Below are positions 1 to 7,578 of a stretch of DNA of 7,578 nucleotides, piece after piece. The position numbers and the translations under genes are program-made. Numbering within the stretch: the stretch's first letter is position 1; each line of letters starts with the position of its first letter. The stretch covers positions 1 to 7,578 of the forward strand of contig JADGIF010000498.1 of the NCBI GenBank assembly GCA_018985225.1. The letters are read 5' to 3'. The notes under the pieces were generated by a model. That model was not told the DNA's origin. It did not search any database and was given only the letters and a program-made list of their open reading frames with translations. The stretch comes from Amoeboradix gromovi X-113. Lineage: Eukaryota; Fungi; Sanchytriomycota.

Positions 1-1416
1 ATTTTCTTAGACGGTACTCTTTTCTAGAGTCATTTTGTAATGTCATACTAACATCATTACTCTTGTCTATTTCATTCTCACAGACGCTACATTTCTTTGA
101 AGTGAAATCTTCATCTACTAATTCAATTGTGACTTTAGACTTACAAGCTCTTGCAAAGAAATCTGTTATTGAGTGACAAGGACTACAATTGTTCTTCTTG
201 AAATTAGTCTTAAATTGACCATCTTCCCAAAATATTAATGTCTTCTTAAGCAATTCAAGCTCCATTCTTCTTGTTCTAATTTAAAAACATTTTCAGGTAA
301 TTCAAGGTATTCTAGTAGATCAACTTCACTATTGAAATGAGTTTGAGTATTTTCATACGCTCCAAAAAGTGAAATCTTAACTCCAGGATCTATTCCAATA
401 AATTTATCATAATCTTCTAAATTTAAAAGACCTCTTAATCCTTCTTTCTTCTTAAGTGTTTCTTGAGTATACTTGCATTCTTCTTCATCCTTTCTTGATG
501 AAACTAAATAACCATCTGAATATTAAGTAAATTTAGGACCCTTAGGATTCTTTACATCTATAGAATCTTCAAACTTAATATGTCCGGGAATAAAATTAGG
601 AAAACAGGATAACTTGAGCTTCTTTGCTTGATTAAAATATTCTTCTTTCATATTCTCATTAATCATTCCAATTCTTGGCCTTGAAACTACTTCTCTAGGA
701 GCTATAAGATATCCAATCCTCTTTCTTAAATTTCTTCTTCCATTATTATAATATTTAGACCATAGATCTCTTACTTCAAAATCCTGATTACATTTAAAGA
801 CCATAGGTGTCTCTAAATGGTCTTTGCCAAGATAATTCCCATAACCTTTTGTCATAGCCCTTGAAGTATATCCATAAACATTATCAGTAAGATGTTTTCC
901 AGTACAAGAAAGTAAAGATATGCTCTGATTTTCTATTGTTCATGCATCTCCTTATGTAATTTAATATATTGCACATTAAATAATTTGGAATACCCTTGGA
1001 ACCATGCTATGAAAATCTCATTTTGTCTTTTAGTTCTGTTAAAATTATCAATACATTTTGCATTCTTTTTCTTTTGTTTTTCTTGATCGTCTTCCTTTTC
1101 ATATAATATTTGATTCTCTTGGTTTTCCTCGTTTATTTATATTGTAGCCTTCAGTAAAGAGTTTTTGTAGTCTAGTATAAATATCTTGACTAACTATAAA
1201 AGGGTTTTCTTCATCTCCAAGTCCATCAAAATTTCGAGTCTCTAATATCCAATTCCAAAAGTATAGGAATTGAAACCTAATTTCATTAATTCTAGAAACT
1301 GTTTCTCTATTCTTAGTCTTATTGAATTTTAATTTTTCCTTTTTAGTTCCTACCTCGGCTTCATCTATTAATAATTCCTTTTCATTATCTACTATTATAC
1401 CACTACTATCTTCCAT
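1..1416 (-). pseudogene. Degraded Fanzor (TnpB-derived RuvC RNA-guided endonuclease), probably Fanzor1; 3' end lies beyond the window
   Basis: Manual - strand translation gives colinear segments. (1) 1416-~1102: MEDSSG...ETVSRINEIRFQFLYFWNWIL...IVSQDIYTRLQKLF. (2) Shifted frame ~1136-936: YEKEDDQEKQKKKNAKCIDNFNRTKRQNEIFIAWFQGYSKLF. (3) 939-526: ...VYGYTSRAMTKGYGNYL...KLSCFPNFIPGHIKFED...KFT, then an in-frame TAA at 525-523. (4) 522-~241, same frame: YSDGYLVS...DKFIGIDPGVKISLFG (GIDPG 396-382, Asp 390-388). (5) Shifted frame ~262-2: KKTLIFWEDGQFKTNFKKNNCSPC...VTIELVDEDFTSKKCSVCENE...KEYRLRK (Glu 112-110, CxxC 91-80). The motif order xDG, DPG, GDG-like, VDExxTSxxCxxC is the Fanzor1 pattern. Three frameshifts plus one stop indicate a pseudogene. 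The start Met is uncertain. Confidence 0.88.
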
Positions 1417-1440
1417 TTCTTTTTCTTCTGACCACCTTTC
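1..1440 (-). mobile_element. Remnant of a Fanzor-carrying mobile element; right boundary approximate, left part outside the window
   Basis: Fanzors are generally carried by transposons or viruses (established). The segment is compositionally distinct: about 20-30% GC in lines counted by hand, and 8 CpG in 1-1439 versus 10 CpG in 1440-1680. No transposase, TIR or TSD could be identified, so the element class is unassigned. Confidence 0.55.
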
Positions 1441-2140
1441 GTACGAGATGTGATACTTTAAAAACTGTTTAGAGAGCAACTTGCATAAACTGTCATTTGC
1501 AAGCAGATAAATATTATACGTTAGCAAGAAACATGTGCTTTTAAGTGCATGCAACCTTTTTCAATCCCGCTTTGTGATAGCGGAAACGTGAAGAAGTACC
1601 GAAACGATATGACTAGCTTTCTCAGTTTTTCCATGGAAATTGATTTTCTCGTGAATCAAGAGTTTTAATGACGAGCTCCTTAGATGATACTAATAGATGT
1701 GGAAAACAACAACTGAACACAATAAAAATGTTTCATTTCAACTAGGATTGCATAATTCTTCTTGTTGCGAATGTGAACCTACAGAATGAATAAAAGCTTA
1801 TGATTTAAAACAGTAAAAATAGAAGATATGGCGCACAAAATACGAATACTAGAATAGGTACTAGCATCAATAAGTTTCACTAGGCTAAGAATTCTAAGAT
1901 TATTTAACATTTATAAGTGCTTGCTTGAGAAAGATATAAGATCCGCTTAATTTATTCTGAATTGAGCAATATAACTGCTGGCCATTTCTTGTTATAGACC
2001 CTGATATTCTCGTTAATGTATTTGAAACGAACGCATATAGACCACAATTTTTCTCATTGAGATGCGATATTATGTTATTTATTTCAGAAGAAGCATTAAG
2101 AACTTGGGGTGGGGGTAAAGTTGTATTCCAAAGCAAGCTA

Positions 2141-2146
2141 TTTATT
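2141..2146 (-). terminator. Putative AATAAA polyadenylation signal overlapping the EML stop codon
   Basis: The - strand reads aag TAA ATAAA; the hexamer begins at the last base of the stop codon. Confidence 0.5.
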
Positions 2147-4258
2147 TACTTCTTCTCAACTACTTTCCACAAAATTAAACAGCCATCCATTCCTCCCGTA
2201 CTGCACACATATTGCCCATCTCCTGTAAATCTTGTAGACGTAACATGCGAACTATGTGCAATATAATCGTCATGCGCTATATTAGAAGTAATTACGAGCA
2301 AGGTTTTTAGACTTTGGTCGAGGCCAATTCCATAGCTGCACTACAGTCGTATCTGTTCCATCTACCAGTAGCTTTCCATGTCCGTGTACACAGTTGATAT
2401 CGGTTGCATCTTTAATAGCACTTTGCTGCCAAATGCCCATCGTTGACCATGCAAATATGTTAGTTGTGGTAGCCCATTTAAGCTGTTTAATGGTCTCAAC
2501 GTTAGTTAACTGTTTCATGCCTTCTACATCCCAGTACAGCACTTCCTTGTCTGTAGAATTGGACTGGAGAAATAATGATTCCACGTTCCAGTCTGCACTC
2601 AAAATTCTACTCGTATGGCCGCTCATCTCTCCAATACGAGTGTGATTGTTGCTAGCATCATACACATCTATCTTTCCATCGCTGGCCCCTGTAATCAAAT
2701 ACTTCCCATTTGGTGAGTACTTGATGACTGTCACATCTCGTTGACTTACAGTGAACTTGTTCATTTGTGTCCAGTTTTTGCTGCTATCATCACCTTCAAA
2801 CACATACACTGTACCGTTGCGTAGCCCACATGCAATTTTGTTTAACTTGGGATGCCAACAGATGCTACGGGCAGAACCAACTTTAATCTTAACAACACAT
2901 TTACGATCCAACAAGTTCCATACTTTAATAAAACCATCGTCACCGCAGGTAATTGCCACATTGCCCTTTATATCCAATCCCCATAATTCGAAGTCTTTAG
3001 TAGTGTCATGTGCATTAACTAGCTTAGTTTGTACTTTATCCTTTTTACTGACATCTACCTCTACTATAGTACTATTACGCAGTCCTAGAAGTAGCTTATT
3101 GCTAGAGTAATCAATGCTGCAAACTGCTGGAAGCTCGGCATCATCTGCTTGATCTTTCGTTAAAGTAAAAGTATCGTTGACAGTTATAGCATCATTGTTA
3201 ACTGTGCATGTAAGCACTTTACCCTCTTTACCACCTATGTAAACATTGTTGTTCATGTCTCGCTTTAATGACAAGACATTTCCGTTAATTAGTAAAGATG
3301 AATGATGGACTAATTTAGCTGATTTCCAGACGTAAATACTACCGGTACTAGTACCAGTCAATACGGTTTCTGCATCAAAATAACAGCAGCACGGTAGAGC
3401 CTGAATAAGTTCAGCATTTCCAAATTCACCACGTTTCATTTCTAGTTTACCGTTTACAAAAGAGCCAAATGCAATATATTTGACACCCACAGCTAAGAAT
3501 TCATTCTTTTTGAAAGGAGAGGCAACTAAATCCAATATTTTGTTACTAACTCGAGTGCTAGTTAGGAGCTTATCGGCGTTCCAATCATATATCAAGATTT
3601 CATTGTTAGGATCACCACGAGTGAAAGCAAACAACAAATCGGCATCTTTGTTAAAAGCAAGGCCGTTGATGCCATTGCTACCGCGGGGAACTTTTAAGGT
3701 CTTTAAAAGCACCTGTTCAGGCAATTTACCAAATTTAGTATCTCCGATCTTGTAAATGTTGATGAAAGCATCTCTACCAACTTGACCTGTAGCAACTATT
3801 CGAGAATTGGGATGAATTGCAATTCCTAAAACATCATCATTGTGCCCTTGGAGGATAAGTTGTTGGTTGCTAGATTTTTGATGAATGATTCCAACGCTAC
3901 CAGCAGTATAAACCATAAGATCCGCGTCAGTGGCATTTAAAGCTGTTGGAAGATAAAACAAATTATTGCGTCTTTCCTTGCTGCGATATCCAAAAACATG
4001 ATTGATTACTAGACTATGAGTAACCTCAGCAAACGACACATCTTGCTTTTCAACGGGAGAATGCACTTGCGAATTGGTTTCTTTTATAGGCGATATGCCC
4101 ACATTTTTAGGTTTGGATGACGGTTTAGTTGGAGAAGTTGGGCTAGTTTTTGCAGATAGTGCAGGGGACTTAGAAGGCTGTTTAGTGGCCGGTGTAGCTT
4201 TAGAATCATCCGGTTTCCTAACTGAAGGTGATTTAGTTGGCGCGGGTGTAACTGGCAT
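2146..4258 (-). CDS. Echinoderm microtubule-associated protein-like (EML/EMAP) HELP + WD40 (TAPE domain) protein; join(4258..2296, 2276..2146), 697 aa
   Basis: HELP-type motif LVINHVFGYRSKERRNNLFYL, then GHNDDVLGIAIHP...VATGQ, multiple WD repeats (ITCGDDGFIKVW, IKYSPNGKYLITG, GHTSRILSADW...FLQSNS..KEVLYW, WATTTNIFAWSTMGIW, ATDINCV). The EML C-terminal repeat YIAHSSHVTSTRFTGDGQYVCSTGGMDGCLILWKV lies in a second frame at 2276-2146, ending in TAA at 2148-2146. The first in-frame ATG is at 4258 (context ttcaaaATG); the track's 4327 start is a TTG. Confidence 0.92.
2277..2295 (-). other. Putative 19-nt spliceosomal intron in the EML gene (GTAATTACTTCTAATATAG)
   Basis: GTAATT donor, CTAAT branch-like motif and TAG acceptor. 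Excision removes the TAA at 2284-2282 and restores the frame exactly (gct c|cg cat gac = A-P-H-D) into the conserved AHSSHVT...STGG repeat. Confidence 0.8.
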
Positions 4259-4627
4259 TTTGAAATGTTTCAAATATTTAATTGAACTGGCTAGAATTCC
4301 CACAAAGTCTGCAACACTAGTCTTCAAGACAGGTGTCTCAAGTAGATTGTTCAGGTAGATATGCCCCTTGCTATCATCTTGGCCATTACTTCGTATTCAT
4401 ATAACTATATACGGCATTTTCAATCTTGCTAGTGGAATTATCCCGTTCAAAAACTTTGGCACAGTGTTAATTCGAATAAAATCATTGATCAGCTCTATAT
4501 TAGGCAATTCTGGATGGGTTTGACCTGATTCCTTGTAGCTGGACAAAAAACCACGTGTTTTGCCTGCCAGTAATCTGAGGTCACATTTCTGTCTAATTTG
4601 CTGGTGCGGATCCTTGATACACGAAAT
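4259..4627. promoter_or_regulatory. 369-bp intergenic region between divergent EML and MEMO1 starts; probable shared promoter region
   Basis: Head-to-head arrangement (ATG at 4258 on -, ATG at 4628 on +). Contains one CACGTG at 4552-4557 of unknown significance. The call is positional only. Confidence 0.45.
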
Positions 4628-5470
4628 ATGAGCAGACTGTCTTCGCATGCAGGAACCTGGTACCCAGAAAACAGTGAAACGATTGTATACGATATCGATA
4701 AAAAACTGAAGGCTTTGTCTGTCCCAAAAACTCGCGCTAAAGTAATAATATCACCACATGCAGGGTACTCGTATTGCTTAGCGACACAAGCACACGGCTT
4801 TAATTGTCTAAAATGTTCTAATAGAATTGTTATATTGGGTCCAAGTCACTTTTTTCCACTTCGAAATGTTGGACTGCCGTATTTTCGAAGTTTAAACTCA
4901 CCTATTCAGAATTTACAAGTTGACACAGGCAGTATACAAGAGTTACAGAGTAGAGGGTTTAATCTCATCCTGGAGCAAGGTCAGGATATTAAGGAACATT
5001 CGGTAGAAATGCAATTGCCATTTATATCCTACTTACAACCCAGTGCTACAATTGTGCCCCTTCTGGTAGGCAAACTAGATAGTGAGTCTAAAACTACTCT
5101 CATAGACCTGCTATCTGAATGGATTAGTGATCCATACACCACCTTTGTAGTTTCTTCAGATTTTTGTCATTGGGGTGAAAGGTTCAACTACAAATATCTT
5201 CCACGACTAAATTCAAAGTCTATAAGTCTCGATATCGAAGCTCTCGATAAGCAGTCTCTTTTATATTTTCAAAATTGCGATGCTTCTGGATTTCGCAAAT
5301 ATCTAAAAAAGTCCAGAAATACCATATGTGGTAGGGACTCAATCGAATTGATGTTAAATGTTATGAGCAAATACACTGGAAAGCTGCTTGATTACTCACA
5401 AAGTACAAAGATTAGCTCTTTAGTAGATTCTCAAGTGAGTTACATGTCTTATGGGTTTTTTCCTGAATAA
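4628..5470 (+). CDS. MEMO1: MEMO1 family protein (mediator of cell motility 1 / yeast Mho1; AmmeMemoRadiSam protein B family), 280 aa
   Basis: Motifs SHAGTWY, IISPHAGYSY, ILGPSH, EHSVEMQLPF, VVSSDFCHWGERFNY, NTICGR and YSQS...DSQVSY are all present in order. ATG at 4628 matches the usual family N-terminus; the track's 4598 start is a TTG. Confidence 0.97.
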   Translation: MSRLSSHAGTWYPENSETIVYDIDKKLKALSVPKTRAKVIISPHAGYSYCLATQAHGFNCLKCSNRIVILGPSHFFPLRNVGLPYFRSLNSPIQNLQVDTGSIQELQSRGFNLILEQGQDIKEHSVEMQLPFISYLQPSATIVPLLVGKLDSESKTTLIDLLSEWISDPYTTFVVSSDFCHWGERFNYKYLPRLNSKSISLDIEALDKQSLLYFQNCDASGFRKYLKKSRNTICGRDSIELMLNVMSKYTGKLLDYSQSTKISSLVDSQVSYMSYGFFPE

Positions 5471-5471
5471 A
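5466..5471 (+). terminator. Putative AATAAA polyadenylation signal overlapping the MEMO1 stop codon
   Basis: The + strand reads gAA TAA A; the hexamer contains the whole stop codon. Confidence 0.5.
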
Positions 5472-5564
5472 CTCATTCAAATCTTTATAATAGCGCATTA
5501 CAGTTTTTAGGTCTTTTTTATTCTAGTCAAATACGAGAGTTCAAGTTATGTTAAACCAAGGTTA

Positions 5565-5570
5565 TTTATT
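5565..5570 (-). terminator. Putative AATAAA polyadenylation signal overlapping the NAA35 stop codon
   Basis: The - strand reads gaa TAA TAA A; the hexamer spans tandem stop codons. Confidence 0.5.
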
Positions 5571-7422
5571 ATTCATAATGTGGGAAATATCTTCCTTTTA
5601 CGACTTTCGCATCTCGTTTTCTTATGACTTTGATATTCATTTTGCAGCTATTTTTACAGCAATCTAGTATATCTTGGAGTACTGTACTTGTATAAACGTC
5701 CCAATCCTTGCTTACTTTGATGTCATTTACCGTTGATAAACAATTCCTGAAAAACTCTTCTACCTCTTCAGGCTTTAACTCACTCCATGAGCTAGCTTTG
5801 CGTTTATAATGAGAATAATTCAAATGTGGAGGAAACTGAGCTAGGTGCAGCACCCTAAACTGTTTTTGATATCTAAGCGAATAAAATTCATCTGTATACA
5901 TATCTAGCTCAAAAGGAATTTTTAACGATGCCTTTTGCATAACCATTAACCTCGCAAACCCACTAAAGTAGTGCTGAAACATCCTTACGAACAAAACATC
6001 AAAATGATTTAAATTACTGCTATAGCTGTTTTTAAGCAATGTATTCGCAGAGTTATAAGATATACACAGACTAGCTTGTTTCTGAAAAAGGCGATCCTGC
6101 TTTTCAAGTAATTTAGTAAATGACTTACTTATGTACTCTATTTGAATGGATAAGGCCAAAAGATCAAAAGTCTCAAACAGATCTAAGGAATAGCCTATTA
6201 ACAGCCATTGAAGCAAACCCATGCAGGTCATCAACTGCACGCCAAATCCTAAATATTGGGTTTTATCTGCATCTCTTGTTAACTGCGATAAAATGACATC
6301 ATACTGATTAAAAGGTATTTTATGGATACTTTCAATAAATGTGGTAATTAACCTTCGGACTCTGCCAGGATTATGTTGATTTGCGTGCAATAAGTCAGCG
6401 AATAGTGCATTGAAACCGGGAAGTAGCTGATTCAGTAAGTCATGTAAATGCGGTGGAGGCCAACTAACTGGCCCATTTGCTAGCTTTTCCACTTCTTGCT
6501 TATCATGTACAGCTATTGTTTTAGTGATACTCTTGAATTGCAATAGCAAAAAATCTTGAAATGGAATGTTTCCAACAGATTGGTTCTTAAGCAGTAAATG
6601 ATGGCGTATACTTTGCAAAACATCAAGAGGTACTTGAAGCCCAGCATTATCAGTTATTTCAATGTTGAACGCTTTAAAATGAAGTAGAGAAAGCTCATAA
6701 AAATGAGAATTGCCGAGAGTGTTAACAAAATTATAAAAATAGACATTAAAGCCCAAAGGATTGAAAGAGAGCAGCTTTTCATGTACATCGGCGTAGTATG
6801 CATAAATGAATTTGTAAATCGGAGCAATTAAAGGTTCAGGGATTAAATGCAGAGGCCTAGGGGGAGTAGCTAACATTTCATTGAGTGAAGGGACGGGAAG
6901 ATCAAGCAAAGCGGTACTCTTGGGCAAATCAACAGACCTTGAGGCCCACAGAAAATTGTGTACAGAAGATGAAATATTTGTGGGATTGATTGTGTATTGG
7001 AATTTACGAGGAGTTTCTAAATTGATCATTGAGTATATATCAGCTGTAATACAGTCTAGGACTGGGTGTTCATAAGCAGAACCATATTGGCAGATTACTG
7101 CACAATCGTGGCTAATAATTTCTTCTTCTTCGTAAAGACCAAAAGACTTGAGCGCCTGTGCAATTTTTAACAAATTTGAATGAGGGTAATAACAAGTGGT
7201 CAAGGATTGGCCGCATAAGAAATGAAGTAACAGAGCAATAGCGTTTTCTTCATTGGGCACAGGCGCCTTCTTTGTTTGCAATGCTGAGTAATAATCCATC
7301 TTGGGATCCATCATTTCCAGAGCCGCTATGCTATCAAATAGTGTAATTTTATCTGAAATTATAAAATCGCCTATTTCTTTTGCGAATTTAGTAAACTTCT
7401 CAAAATGAGGTAGCCATGTCAT
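5569..7422 (-). CDS. NAA35: N-alpha-acetyltransferase 35, NatC auxiliary subunit (Mak10), divergent, ~617 aa
   Basis: Mak10-type motifs: LFDSIAALEMMDPKMD, GQSL, YEEEE (cf. YEEED), HNPGRVRR (cf. NxARQR), GYSLDLF (cf. GFELELY), RY...PPHLNY and C-terminal RYFP. ATG 7422 (MTW...) fits the family N-terminal spacing; an upstream in-frame ATG at 7488 is also possible. Confidence 0.88.
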   Translation of the reverse strand: MTWLPHFEKFTKFAKEIGDFIISDKITLFDSIAALEMMDPKMDYYSALQTKKAPVPNEENAIALLLHFLCGQSLTTCYYPHSNLLKIAQALKSFGLYEEEEIISHDCAVICQYGSAYEHPVLDCITADIYSMINLETPRKFQYTINPTNISSSVHNFLWASRSVDLPKSTALLDLPVPSLNEMLATPPRPLHLIPEPLIAPIYKFIYAYYADVHEKLLSFNPLGFNVYFYNFVNTLGNSHFYELSLLHFKAFNIEITDNAGLQVPLDVLQSIRHHLLLKNQSVGNIPFQDFLLLQFKSITKTIAVHDKQEVEKLANGPVSWPPPHLHDLLNQLLPGFNALFADLLHANQHNPGRVRRLITTFIESIHKIPFNQYDVILSQLTRDADKTQYLGFGVQLMTCMGLLQWLLIGYSLDLFETFDLLALSIQIEYISKSFTKLLEKQDRLFQKQASLCISYNSANTLLKNSYSSNLNHFDVLFVRMFQHYFSGFARLMVMQKASLKIPFELDMYTDEFYSLRYQKQFRVLHLAQFPPHLNYSHYKRKASSWSELKPEEVEEFFRNCLSTVNDIKVSKDWDVYTSTVLQDILDCCKNSCKMNIKVIRKRDAKVVKGRYFPHYE

Positions 7423-7578
7423 GACAAGGGGTTTTGGGACACCAAATATAAAAACTAGACTAAGTCGTCTTTGAAGGAGGTGCTCCATACGGAGGAAATA
7501 CTATCATTAATAAAAGATCTTCTATAATACCAATTTTCTTTCATTGATTGTATTCCTCTTTTTAAAATAAAACTAGAA

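Noticed and set aside
516-539. Possible 24-nt in-frame intron (GTCCTA...TTAATATTCAG, - strand) that would remove the Fanzor TAA at 525-523
   Set aside because: The donor is non-consensus and splicing would delete the Phe and Ser of the conserved F...SDG motif. The frameshift at ~1100-1136 has no nearby GT, so tiny introns cannot rescue the whole ORF. RNA-seq would settle it.
523-1554. ORFs 523-855 and 1099-1554 as independent small genes
   Set aside because: They are better explained as colinear fragments of one disrupted Fanzor reading frame.
1-2140. CRISPR array, TIRs/TSD, tRNA or snRNA near the Fanzor relic
   Set aside because: No regularly spaced direct repeats, cloverleaf or snRNA consensus seen. 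TIRs cannot be assessed because the other element end is outside the window.
1900-2266. ORFs 1900-2136 (-) and 2057-2266 (+)
   Set aside because: Both start at TTG and have no recognisable motifs; the + ORF is antisense to the EML last exon.
523-2284. Alternative genetic code (TAA/TAG read as Gln) to explain the stops at 525-523 and 2284-2282
   Set aside because: All three host genes end in TAA at the expected family C-terminus and have no other internal TAA/TAG. The EML continuation needs a frame change, not read-through.
3344-3355. 12-bp palindrome GGTACTAGTACC
   Set aside because: Lies within EML coding sequence (the GTSTG region) and is explained by codon choice.
2394-4358. Antisense ORFs 2394-2645, 2751-3110, 3480-3755 and 4074-4358
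   Set aside because: Shadow ORFs opposite the well-supported EML gene, with non-ATG starts and no protein family features.
4366-4440. TTGCTA half-sites resembling an RFX X-box upstream of the EML gene
   Set aside because: No complete GTNRCC/T-N(0-3)-RGYAAC match; too degenerate to support.
4397-4648. ORF 4397-4648 (-), 83 aa
   Set aside because: Overlaps the MEMO1 start in antisense, has no recognisable motif, and its length is compatible with chance.
6881-7075. ORF 6881-7075 (+)
   Set aside because: Short antisense ORF inside NAA35 with a TTG start.

Overview
Eukaryotic, gene-dense, nearly intronless DNA. Bases ~2.1-7.5 kb hold three housekeeping genes: an EML/EMAP-like HELP-WD40 protein (- strand), MEMO1 (+ strand) and the NatC auxiliary subunit NAA35/Mak10 (- strand). 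The EML gene is completed only by an apparent 19-nt GT-AG intron that the ORF track misses. Bases 1 to ~1440 are AT-rich and CpG-poor. Hand translation of the - strand across frameshifts gives a decayed Fanzor (eukaryotic TnpB/Cas12-related RNA-guided nuclease), most likely Fanzor1-type, with motifs SDG, GIDPG (RuvC-I), WEDG and VDEDFTSKKCSVC (relocated RuvC-II Glu plus first Zn-finger CxxC). It runs off the left edge before RuvC-III and the expected omegaRNA. In all three host genes an AATAAA hexamer overlaps the TAA stop codon. All family assignments come from motif recognition, not database searches.
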